From assembly GCA_963770895.1 (NCBI GenBank), contig CAVYRF010000001.1:1088001-1152000 (forward strand): a stretch of DNA of 64,000 nucleotides. The letters are read 5' to 3'. Shown in pieces: positions 44,601 to 56,600 of this stretch. The notes below the pieces were generated by a model. It worked only from the letters and a program-made list of their open reading frames with translations, had not been told where the DNA came from and searched no databases. The first letter of the stretch is position 1; the number at the start of each line of letters is the position of its first letter. The translations under genes were made by a program, and so were the position numbers. The DNA comes from an uncultured Acidobacteriota bacterium. Its GTDB lineage: Bacteria; Acidobacteriota; Thermoanaerobaculia; Multivoradales; UBA5704.

Positions 44601-47600
44601 CGGTGCCGATCGGCCGGGCGCTGCCGGGCCGGGTGGCGCGAGTGCTCGACCGCCACGGCCAGCCGCAGCCGCTGGGGGCCCCCGGCGAGCTCTGCCTGGG
44701 CGGCCTGCTCGCCCGCGGCTACCACGCCAGGCCGGACCTCACCGCCGCCAGCTTCGTCCCCGACCCCTGGGGCCCACCGGGCACACGCCTCTACCGCACC
44801 GGCGACCTGGTGCGGCGCCGCGCGCCGGACGGCCTGCTGCAGTTCCTCGGCCGTCTGGACCAGCAGGTCAAAGTCCGCGGCTTCCGCGTCGAACCGGGAG
44901 AGATCGCGGCAGTCCTGGCCGAGCATCCCGCCGTGGCCGCCGCCGCCGTCCTGGCGCTGCGGGCCGTCCCGGCGGTCGTTCCAGCCGTGCCGCCGGCGCC
45001 GGCCGTCCCCGCCCCTCTGACCGCGCCCGCGGCGCCCACGGAGCCAACTGCCTCAGCCATGGCGGTCGTGCCGGCCGCGCCGGTGGTCGAGCTTGAACAG
45101 GAGCAGGAGCTGCGGCTGGTCGCGTTCGTGGCGCCGGAGCTGCCGCCGGATCTGGCCGGGTTTGTGGCGCAGCGGCTGCCGGGCTACATGGTGCCGGCGG
45201 TGTGGCTGGCGCTGTCGCGGCTGCCCGCCAATGCCGCGGGCAAGATCGATCAGGCCGCGCTGGCCGCCCTTGCGCCAGATGCCCGCCCGCTGGCGGCGGC
45301 CCAGGACGGGGATGCGTCGGCGCCGCCGGACGCGTCGCGCGCCGCGATCGAGGAGCTGCTGGCCGGCGCCTGGGCGGCCCTGCTGGGCCGTGAGACGGTA
45401 GGCCGGCACCAGGACTTTTTCGCCCTGGGCGGCCACTCGCTGCTGGCGACGCGGGTGGTGGCGCAGGTGTCGCGATGGTTCGGCGTCGACCTGCCGCTGT
45501 CCGAAGTGTTCGCGGCGCCGACGGTGGCGGCGCTGGCGGAGCGGATCGCGGCTGCTGTCGCCCGCGGTTCCGCCGGCGGCCCAGAAGCGGCCGGCGATCC
45601 CTTAGCCGGCTCTCGTCCCAGCGCGGCGCCGCCGCTGACCGCCGGCCATCACGATGCGGCGCATTTGCCGCTGTCGTCTGCCCAGCGCCGCCTCTGGTTC
45701 CTGGAGCAGCTTGCCCCCGGCACCGCGCTGTACAACATTCCCGGCGCCTTGCAGCTGAGCGGCCCGCTGGCCGTCCCGGCCTTGGCGGCGGCAATGGCGG
45801 CCGTGGTGCGCCGCCATCAGGTGCTGCGGACGGCGATCACGGCCATGGCCGGGCAGCCGGTGCAGCGCCTGGTTGAGTGGCCGGCAACCATCCTGCCGCA
45901 GATCGACCTGGCAGCGCTCGCGCCGGCGGCGCGCCAGCATGAAACGGAGCGGCTGAGCGGCGCCGAGGCGCGGCAACCGTTCGACCTGGCGCAAGGGCCG
46001 CTGGTGCGCGCCCTGCTGCTGCGGCAGGGGCCGGCCGAGCACCGCCTGCTGGTGACGTTCCATCACCTGGTTGCGGACGGCTGGTCGCTCGGCGTGTTCC
46101 TCGACCAGCTGGCAGAGCTCTATCCGTTGTGGGTGGCGCGCGGCGCACAGGCCCCGCTCCAAGCGTCCCAGCTGCCACAGGCGTCCCTGCCGCACCAGGA
46201 ATCCCAGCCGCCTCAAGCATCTCAGCTGCCACAGCCGCCCCTGGCGCTCCCAGCGTCCCAGCAACCGCTACAGGCCCAGCTGCCACAGCCGCCCTTGCCG
46301 TCCCTGCCGGCATTGCCGCCGCTGCCGGTGCAGTATGCCGATTTCGCGGTGTGGCAGGCCGCCTGGCTTGCCGGCGGCGAGGAGCAGCGGCAGCTGGTGT
46401 ACTGGCGGTCGCGCCTGGCCGGGGTGCCGGCGACCGAGCTGCCAATGGATCGCCGGCGCCCACCGGTGCGCAGCTCGCGCGGTGCGACGCGCGCGGCAGC
46501 GCTGCCGGCGGCAGCGCCCGCGGCGATTGCGGCGCTGGCCCGCCGCGAGGGCGTGACGGTCTTCATGGCGCTGGCGGGACTGTTCCAGGCGCTGGCCGGA
46601 CGGTTGAGCGGCGACGACCGGGTGGCGGTCGGCACGCCGGTCGCCAACCGCCGCCGCGCCGAAGTCGAGCCTCTGATCGGCCTGTTCGTCAATACGCTGG
46701 TGCTCGACGTCGAGCTGGGCGACGACCCGTCGCTGGGCGACCTGTTGGCGCGGGTGCGGCAGGCCTGCCTGGGAGCGTACGCCCACCAGGATCTGCCGTT
46801 CGAACGCCTGGTCGAAGAGCTGCAACCGGGCCGCGATCTGGCTCGCCATCCGCTGTTCCAGCTGATGTTCGTCCTTGCCGATCCGCTGCCGGCGCGCACG
46901 CTCGACCTGCCGCCGGCCGTGGCCGCGGGCGCGCCCGGCGGTGCCGGCGGCGCCCTGCGCCTGGCGCCGCTGACCAGGACCACCGGGACCGCCAAGTTCG
47001 ACCTTCTGATGTCCATGATGACGGACGACCAGGGCGGCTGGCAGGCGCATGCCGAATACGCCACCGACCTCTGGGACCCGGCCAGCATCGACCGCCTGCT
47101 GGGCCAGTTCGCCACCCTGCTTGCCGCAGCCGCGGCGGCGCCGCGCGATGCCCGCCTTGCCACCCTGACCCTGCTATCCGCCGCGGAGCGTCAGCAGCTG
47201 CTGGCCGAGTGGAACGACACCGCGTCGCCGTCGCGCCGCCAGGACACGGAAGCCCCCGGCGCGTCCGCAGCGATCGGCGCGCCCGCTAACGCTGGCTTGA
47301 TCGGCGAGGTTGTGCCAGCGGACCTTTTCCGCCAGCCGACGGTGGCGGCGCTGGCGCCAGCGTCTGCCGCAACGGGTGCCGAGCGCTTGCACGAGCTGGT
47401 GGCGGCGCAGGTGGCGCGGATGCCGGACGCGGTGGCGGTGGTGGGTGGCGACGAGCGGCTCAGCTATGGCGCGCTGTGGGCGAGCGCGCGGCGGCTCGCC
47501 GCGCGTCTGCGCGGGCTGGGCGCTGGGCCGGACGTTCGCGCCGGCGTCTGCCTGGGCCGCACCCCCGACCTGATCACCGCGTTTCTCGGGGTGCTGGAAT

Positions 47601-50600
47601 CGGGCGCGGCCTACGTGCCGCTCGACCCGGCCTTGCCGCCGCACCGCCTGCAAACCATGCTGGAACGCGCCGGCGCGACGCTGCTGGTCGCCGACCGGGA
47701 GCACGCGGCGCAGCTCGATGCCGAACGCAGCTTCGCCGGCACGCTGGTGCTCTTCGGCGGCGATCGCCGCGACGCTGGCGACGACCGTGACGATTCCGAG
47801 CGCGACGTGCTCCACGTCGCACAGGGCAGTCTTCACGCCGGGACGCACGATGCCGCCGCGGTTCGCCGGGCAGTTGTTGCATCCGCCGGGCCGGTGGCGG
47901 GAAACAGCGGCGGCGACCGGCGGCCGGACGCTGCCGACACGCCGTTGCCCGGCGGCGGCCAGGCCAGCAGCGAGCTGGCGTACGTGATTTTCACCTCCGG
48001 TTCGACGGGCGAGCCCAAGGCGGTGGGCATCGAGCACCGCGGCGCGGTGGCGCTGGTGCGGTGGGCGCTGGGCGCGTTCACGCGCGACGAGCTGGCGGGG
48101 GTGCTGGCGGCGACGTCGGTCGGCTTCGATCTTTCGATCTTCGAGATCTTCGTGCCGCTCAGCTGCGGCGGCCAGGTGATCCTGGCGCCCTCGATCGCCG
48201 AGCTGCGCCAGGTGCGGGCGATCGGCGGCGTGACGCTGGTCAACACCGTGCCTTCGCCGATGGCCGAGCTGGTGGCGGCGCCGCTGCCGCCGGCGGTCCG
48301 CACCGTCAACCTGGCCGGCGAGGCGCTGGACGCGGAGCTGGTGGCGCGGCTGGCCGCCCACGCGCAGGTGCAGCGGGTGGTCAACCTGTACGGTCCCAGC
48401 GAATCCACCACCTATGCGACCTGGGACCAGGTGTGGTCGCGCCGCGCCAAGACGGCGGCAGCTCCCGGCGTCATCCGCGTCACCATCGGCCGGCCGGTCG
48501 CCGGGACAACCTTCCGCGTCTTCGGCCGCCACGGCGACCTGCTGCCGATCGGCGTGCCGGGCGAGCTCGCGCTGGGCGGCCAGGGCCTGGCGCGCGGCTA
48601 CCTGGGGCGCCCGGATCTGACCGCCGAGCGCTTTGTCCCCGACCCCTGCGCCGACCTGCCGGGCGCCCGCCTGTACCGCACCGGCGACCGCGCCCGCCTG
48701 CTGCCCGACGGGCGCCTCGACTTCCTCGGCCGCCTCGACCAGCAGGTGAAGGTGCGCGGCGTCCGCATCGAGCCCGGCGAGATCGAAGCCGTGCTCGCCC
48801 GCCATCCCCAGGTGGCACAGGCCGCCGTCGTGGCACGCGCCGCCGGTGGCGTCGCTGACGGGCCGCAGTTGGTGGCCTATGTCGTGGCCGCCGCAACGGC
48901 GGACAGCTCCGGCGGACCTGGAAGTGCCGGCGACGTTGAGGTCATGCCCGCTGGAGTGGCTATTGCCGCAGACGGCACCGGTGCGGCTGGCCGCGACGGC
49001 GAGCTGATGGCCGTTCTGGCCGCCTGGCTGCGGGAGCGCCTGCCGGCGGCGATGGTGCCCGCCGCCTGGGTGGTATTGCCAGCGCTGCCGCTATCGAGCA
49101 ACGGCAAGGTGGACCGGCGCGCGCTGCCTGCCCCGGCCGCGGCGGTGGCCGGGGAGGCGGTGGCCGCAGGCGAGGCGCCGCGCGCGGGCGCCGAGCAGGC
49201 GCTGGCAGCGATCTGGCGCCAGGTGCTGGGGCGCGACCGCATCGGCAGGCACGAAGATTTCTTCGCTGCCGGCGGCCATTCGCTGCTGGCGCTGCGGGCG
49301 GTCTTCCGCATCGGCGAGGCGTTTGGCGTCGAGGTGCCCGTCACGGCTCTCTTCCAGGCGCCGACCGTGGCGGCTCTCGCCGCCTGGCTTGCGGCTGGCG
49401 CGGCCGGCACTGCCGTTGGCCTTTCAGATATGCCCGGCGGGGCTCCGCCGGGCACCACGGGCGCCGTCTCTGCTCTGGCTTCGGTCGGTACGGCCGCAGC
49501 TCTCGCAGGCGCCCGCGGCGAGGCTCCTGCCAGTGGCGGAAGCAGCGCCGCCGCGTTGGCGCGCCTTCGCCTGGGTGGCGCGACGCTGGAGGAGCCTGCC
49601 GCCGCCGTGGCGCCCGATCTGGCCGCGAGCAGCCAGGCCCCGGAGGCTCCCGGTGCCGCAGCCTCGCGCGGGCTGCCGCTGTCGGCGGCGCAGCGGCGGC
49701 TGTGGTTCCTGGAGCGGCTGCACCCCGGCCAGGCGGGCTACGAGCTGTCGGTGGCGGTGCGGCTGGATGGCGCGCTGTCGCTGCCGGCGCTGGCGGGCAG
49801 CGTCGCGGCGGTGGTCGAGCGCCACGAGCCGCTGCGCACGGTGTATTCGGAGAGCGACGGGCAGCCGCGCCAGTCGGTCCTGGCGCCGCCGCGCCGGCCG
49901 CTGGCGATGGCCGACCTGCGGGGCCTCGCCGCGGGGCGGCGCCAGGCGTCGTTGCGCGCTGCGCAAGGCGCGGTGGCGGCGCGGTCGTTCGACCTGGAGC
50001 GCGGGCCGGTCGCGCGGTTCCTGCTGGTGGCGCTGGACGAAGGTGCGCACGTGCTCTGTGTGGCGTGCCATCACATCGCCGCCGATGGGTGGTCGCTGGA
50101 GGTGCTGTTCCGCGACCTGGCGGCGCTGTACGGCGCGGCGCTCGCCGGGCTCCCGTCGCCGCTGCCGCAGCCGGCGCCGCGCTACGCCGACCACGTGCTG
50201 GCACAGGGCCGGCGGGTGCAGCATGGCGACCAGCTGGCGCGGCAGCTCGCCTGGTGGCGCGGGCAGCTGGCGGGGCTGCCGACGCTCGATCTGCCGCTCG
50301 ACCGGCCGCGCCCGGCGCGGTGGAGCTCGCGCGGCGTGGCGCGGCGGTTCGAGCTGGACGAGCGGACGGCGAGCGCCCTGGGCGCCGTCGCCAGGTCGCA
50401 GGGCGCGACGCCGTTCATGGCGCTGCTGGCCGGGTTCTTCACCTTCCTGGCGCGGCACAGCGGCCAGGACGACGTGGCGGTGGGAGTGCCGGTTGCCGGC
50501 CGCTCGCACGCCGATGCCGAAGGGATGGTCGGCCTGTTCGTGAACACGCTGGTGACGCGGGTCAGCCTGGCGGACGGCCCCAGCTTCGCCGACCTGGTGC

Positions 50601-53600
50601 GGCGCGTGCGCCACGCCACTCTGGAGGCGCAGCAACACCAGGATCTGCCGTTCGAAACCCTGGTCGAGGACCTGCGCCCGGAGCGCGCCAGCGGCGCTTC
50701 GCCGCTGTTTCAGGCGCTGTTTTCGCACCTGGCCGCCGCCTTCGGCGCCGTCCAGATGGCGGGCCTGGAGCTGCGCCTGGTGCCGGAGGAAAGCCCGACG
50801 GCGCGCTTCGACCTGTCGTGCGACGTGCACCAGCGCGACGGGCGCCTGGGCGGCAACCTGGACTTCGCCGCGGCACTGTTCGAGCCGGCCACCGCCAGCC
50901 GCATGCGCGACCACCTGCTGGCGCTGCTCGCCGCCGCGGCGGCGGCGCCGCAGCGGCCCGCCCTGGAGCTGCCGATGCTCAGCGCCGCCGAGCGCCACCA
51001 GGTGGAGGTGGAATGGAACCATCGCGCCGGCGACGGCATCACCGACGCGACGCCGCTGGACCACATCGTGCGCCAGGCGGCTGCGGCTCCCGGCCGGCGC
51101 GCGGTGGTGTGCGGCGGGCGCGAGCTGACCTATGGCGAGCTGGTGCAGCGGTCGCGGCGGCTGGCGGATCGCCTGGCGGCGCTGGGCGTCGGCGGCGAGG
51201 ACCGCGTAGGGTTGCTGCTCGACCGCAGCGCCGGGGTGGTGGTCGCCATGCTCGCCACCTGGCAGGCGGGGGCGGCGTGGGTGCCGTTCGATCCGGCGGC
51301 GCCCGCGGCACGCCTGGCGGCGCTCGCCGCCGACGCCGGCCTGGCGGCGCTGATCGCCGATCCGGGAAGCCGGCCCGCGCCCGACCTGGGGGTCCCCTGC
51401 CTGGAGCTGGCGCCAGACGACCTGGGCCGGCCGGCCGGCCGCGGCCGCGGCCAGGTCGCGGCGCCGCCGGCGGAACCATCCATCCCAGCGTCCGCATCCG
51501 GATCGGGAGCCACGCCTGGAAGCGGACCGGCAGCCGGAGCCGGTGCGCTTTCCGCGTCACCCCCGACCGCCCGAACCGCGGCGAGATCGCCGCTGCCTGC
51601 ACGCCCGGCTCCGGCGCCGGCGCCGGGCGACCTCGCCTATCTGATCTACACCTCGGGGACGACCGGGGTGCCCAAGGCGGTGGCGGTGGCGCACGGCAGC
51701 CTGTTGCAGACGCTGCTGGCCTGGCAGGCCGACTACCCGCTGCGCCCCGGCGACCGCGTGCCGGTGCTGGCGCCGCTGTGGTTCGACACCTCGGTGATCG
51801 AGCTGTTCGCGCCGCTCACCGCCGGCGGCGAAATGGAGATGGTGCCGTCGCTCGACATCCTGGACCTGCCGCGCCTGGTCGAGGTGCTGTCGCGGGCGAC
51901 CCTGGCGTTCCAGGTGCCGAGCCTGCTGCGCCGGGTCGCGGCGTTCCTGGCCGATCCGGACGGCGGCCGGCCGGCGCTGCCGCCGGCCGGTCCGCGCTGG
52001 CTGTTCCCGGCGGGGGAGCGGGTGTCCGGCGACCTGGTGCGCGAGCTGCAGCAGACCTTCCCCGCGACCCAGGTGATGGCCAGCTACGGCCCCACCGAGA
52101 CGGCGGTGACCTGCGCCACCTGGAGCCCGCCGCGGCCGCTGGTCGAGGGCGACGAGGGCGGCGTGCTGGGACGGCCGCTCACGGGGGTGACCCTCCTGGT
52201 GCGCGACTGCTGGGGCAACCCGGCGCCGATCGGCGTCGCCGGCGAGCTGCACATCGGCGGCGGCGGCGTGGCGCGCGGCTACCTGGGCCGTCCGCGGCTG
52301 ACCGCCGATCGCTTCCGGCCTGCTCCCGGCGGCGGCAGGTCCTACCGCAGCGGCGACCTGACCCGCCTGCTGGGGGACGGGCGCATCCAGTTCCTGGGCC
52401 GCATCGATCACCAGATCAAGCTGCGCGGCTTCCGCATCGAGCCCGGCGAGATCGAGGTGGCGCTGCGCGCCCAGGAAGGCGTGCTGGACGCCCTGGTGAC
52501 CGTCGTCGCCGCCGCGCCGGCCGCCGGCCGCGGCCTGGGCGAAGCACCGGGCGGCGATCTCCGCCTGACCGCCTACGTGGTGCCGGACGCGCCCGCGGCG
52601 CTCGCCGACGGCGCCCGCCAGCAGCTGCTCGACCGCCTGCGGCGGCGCCTGGCCGAGCGGCTGCCCGACTACATGGTGCCCGCCGCCTGGGTGCTGCTGG
52701 CCGCCTTCCCGCTGTCGGCGACCGGCAAGGTGGACCGCCGCGCCCTGCCGGCTCCCGCGCCGGACGCCGCGGCGCTCGACGGCCTGGACGCGGCGGCGGC
52801 GGCGGCCCGCACGCCGGAGGAGGAGCTGCTGGCGGCGCTGTGGGCTGAGGTGCTGGGCCTGGAAAGGGTGGGGCCGGCGAGCGACTTCTTCGCCCTGGGC
52901 GGCCACTCGCTGCTGCTGACCCAGCTGGCGTCGCGGGTGCGGCGCGCCTTCGGCGTCGAAGTGCCGCTGGCCGACCTGTTCGCGGCGCGGACGCTGGCGG
53001 AGCAGGCGCTGCGCCTGGGCGAGCTGCTGCGCCAGCAGGCGGCGCCGGCCGCCGGCCCGCCGGCCGCCCAACCGGTCGAGCTGCCGCCGATCCCACCGCT
53101 GCGGCCGCTGCCGCCGGCGGCGCGCCGCCAGCCGCTGCCGCTCTCCTTCGCGCAGGAGCGCCTGTGGCTGCTGGCGACGCTGGAACCGGGGCCGCTCTAC
53201 AACATGCCGGTCGCGGCGCGGCTGCGCGGCGACCTGCTCCTGCCGGCGCTGGCGGCGGCGCTCGGCGGCATCGTGCGCCGTCACGAGGTGCTGCGCACCC
53301 GCCTGGTGGCCGAGCGCGGCCGGCCGGCGCAGATCGTCGTCCCCCACCAGCCGCGGCAGGCTGCCCGCCTGCCGCTGGTGGACCTGTCGGCGCTGCCCGC
53401 CGCGCTGGGGGCGCCGGTGGCGCGCGCCCTGCTGGACGCGGAGGCCCGCCGCCCCTTCGACCTGGAGAGCGGCCGCCTGGTGCGCTCGCTGGTGCTGCGC
53501 CTGGGCCCGGCGGATCACCAGCTGGTGGTGGTGTTGCACCACATCGCCGCCGACGGCTGGTCGATGGGGGTGCTGCTCGACGAGCTGGCGGTGCTGTACA

Positions 53601-56600
53601 CCGCGGCCGCCGGCGCCGGTCCGGGCCTGCCGGAGCTGCCGGTGCAGTACGCCGACTTCGCCGTCTGGCAGCGGCAGTGGCTGGCCGGCGACCGCCTGGC
53701 GCGCGAGCTGGCGCACTGGCGCCAGCGGCTGGCCGGCGCTCCCGAAACGCTGGAGCTGCCGGCGGACCGGCCGCGCCGGCCGGACGGCGCGGCGCACGGC
53801 GGCCAGCGCTCGTTCGCCATGCCGGCCGGCACGCGCGGCCATCTGGCGCTGCTGGCGCGGCGGCGCGGCTGGACGCCCTTCATGCCGCTGCTGGCGGCAT
53901 TCGCCGCCCTGCTGGCGCGCTGGGGCGGCCGCCGCGACGCCGGCGAGGTGGTGATCGGCTCGCCGATCGCCAACCGCAACGTGCTCGAAACCGAGCGCCT
54001 GATCGGTTTCTTCGCCAACACCTTGGCGCTGCGCCTGGACCTGGAGGGCGATCCGGCCTTCGCCCTGCTGGCCGACCGGGCGCGATCGGTCTGCCTGGAC
54101 GCCTACGCCCACCAGGACCTGCCGTTCGAGAAGCTGGTCGAGGAGCTGGCGCCGGTGCGCCAGGCCGGCACCACGCCTCTGTTCAACGTCATGCTGGTGT
54201 TGCAGAACGTGCCGCTGCGCCTGGCGGTGCCCGGCTTGGCCGTCGAGCTGCTGGACGCCGGCAGCGGCACGGCCAAGTTCGACCTGGCGGTGTTCCTGAT
54301 GGAGTCGGGCGGCGAGCTCCTGGGCAGCATCGAGTTCCGCCGCGACCTGTTCGACGACGCGACGATCGAGCGGCTGACCGGCCACCTGCGCACCCTGCTC
54401 GCGGGAGCGATCGCGGCGCCTGCGGCGCGCCTTTCCGAGCTGCCGCTGCTGTCGCCGGCCGAACGCTCCCACCTGGCGCTCCAGGCCGCGGCGCCGCCGG
54501 CCGCGATCGCCGCCAGCCTGGCCGCCGGCCGCCGGCTGGCGCACCTGCGCGTCGCCGACCAGGCGGCGCGGACGCCGGACGCCGTGGCCGCGGTCTTTGC
54601 GGACAGCCACCTGTCCTACGGCGAGCTGGCCGCCCGCAGCCGCCGCCTGGCGGGCCAGCTGCGGCGCCTGGGCGTGGGGCCGGACGTGGTGGTCGGCTTG
54701 TACGTCGAGCGCTCGCTCGAGGCGATGACGGCGCTGCTCGGCATCATGGCGGCGGGCGGCGCCTTCCTGGCGCTCGATCCCGATTCCCCCGTCGAGCGCC
54801 TGCGCCTGATGCTCGACGACGCCCGCGCGCCGGTGATCGTCACCCAGGCGCTCCTCGCGGACCAGCTCCCCGCCGGCGGCACCGGCGCCGCGCGCCTGGT
54901 GGTGGTGGATCGCCCGGCGCACGACCCGCGGGACGCCGCGGACCGGGACGCCGCGGCCGCAACGCCACTGCCGGCGCCACCTCGCGGCGACCGCCTGCTG
55001 GCGGACCACCTGATCTACGTCTGCTACACCTCGGGCTCGACCGGCCGGCCGAAGGGGGTGGCGATGCCCCACGGCGCGCTGGCGGCGATGCTCGACTGGC
55101 AGCTGCGCACGTCCCACGCCGCGGACCGCACGCTCAACTTCACTTCGCTGTCGTTCGACGTCTCGTTCCAGGAGCTGTTTGCCACCTGGAGCGCCGGCGG
55201 CACCCTGGTGCTGATCGGCGAAGAGGTGCGCCGCGACCCGGCGGCGCTGGCCAGCCTGCTGGCGCGGCAACAGGTGACGCGCCTGTTCCTGCCGTTCGTC
55301 GCCCTGCAGCAGCTGGCGGTGGCGGCGCTGGCGGCGCCGCCCCAGGGGTTCCCTGGGGCGCTGCGCGAGGTGCTGAGCGCCGGCGAGCAGCTCTACGTGA
55401 CGCCGCAGGTGGCGGCGCTCGCGGCGCGCCTGCCGGGGGCGGCGCTTTACAACCACTACGGACCGACCGAAGCGCACGCCGTCACCTGGCTGCCGCTGAC
55501 CGGCGATCCGGCCGCCTGGCCGGAGCGGCCGTCGATCGGCGGACCGCTCGACCACGCGCGCATCCTGCTGCTCGACCGCAACCTGCGGCGGGTGCCGCAG
55601 GGCGTCCCCGGCGAAGTGTGGGCGGCGGGTCCCGGCCTGGCCCGCGGCTACCTGGGGCGCCGGCGGCTGACGGCGGAGCGCTTCATGCCCGACCCCTTCG
55701 CCGACGTTCCCGGCTGGCGGCCCGGCGCGCGCATGTACCGCGTGGGCGACGTGGCGCGCCAGCTGGCGGACGGGACGCTCGAGTTTCTCGGCAGGACCGA
55801 TTTCCAGGTCAAGGTGCGCGGCCATCGCATCGAGGTGGCGGAGATCGAAACCGCCCTGGCGCGCCACCCGGCGGTGTCGCAGGCGGCGGTCGTGGCGCAC
55901 GGCGAGGACGCGGCGTCCCGCCGGCTGGTGGCCTGCGTGGTCTGCGCGCCGCAGGTGACCGCGCCCACCGCCGCCGATCTGCGCGCCTGGCTGGGGCGCA
56001 CGCTGCCGGCGGCGATGGTGCCGTCCGGCTGGCTGCGCGCCGCGCGCCTGCCGCTCACCGCCACCGGCAAGCTCGACCGCCGCGCGCTCGAACGCTGGGC
56101 GGGCGGGGCCTTTGCCGCGCCCGACCCGGCCGCGGCCGCCGCCGCCGGCTACGACGTGGCGCCGCTCGATGCGACGGCCGGCGGTGCCGCCGCCGATGCG
56201 GCCGGCGCCGCGGACCAGGGCCCGGCGGCGTCGTTGCGCCACCCGGCCGAGGAGCTGATGGCCGGCATCTGGCGCGAGGTGCTGGGCGCGGTCGAGGTGG
56301 CGGCCGCCGACGACTTTTTCGCCCTGGGGGGGCACTCGCTGCTGGCGACGCAGGTGGTGTCGCGCATCCGCGAGGTGTTCGGCGTCGAGCTGCCGCTGCG
56401 CCGCCTGTTCGAGGAGCCGACGGTGGCCGCCATGACCGGTGCCGTGCTCGCCCTGCGCGCCGTTGGAGCCAACGGCGCCAACGGCGCCGGTGACGGCGGC
56501 GACGATCCGGCCGTCGCGGCGCCGCCCATCGTGCGCGCGGCGCGCGACCGGCCGCTGCCCCTGTCGTTTGCCCAGGAGCGTCTGTGGTTCCTGGATCGCC

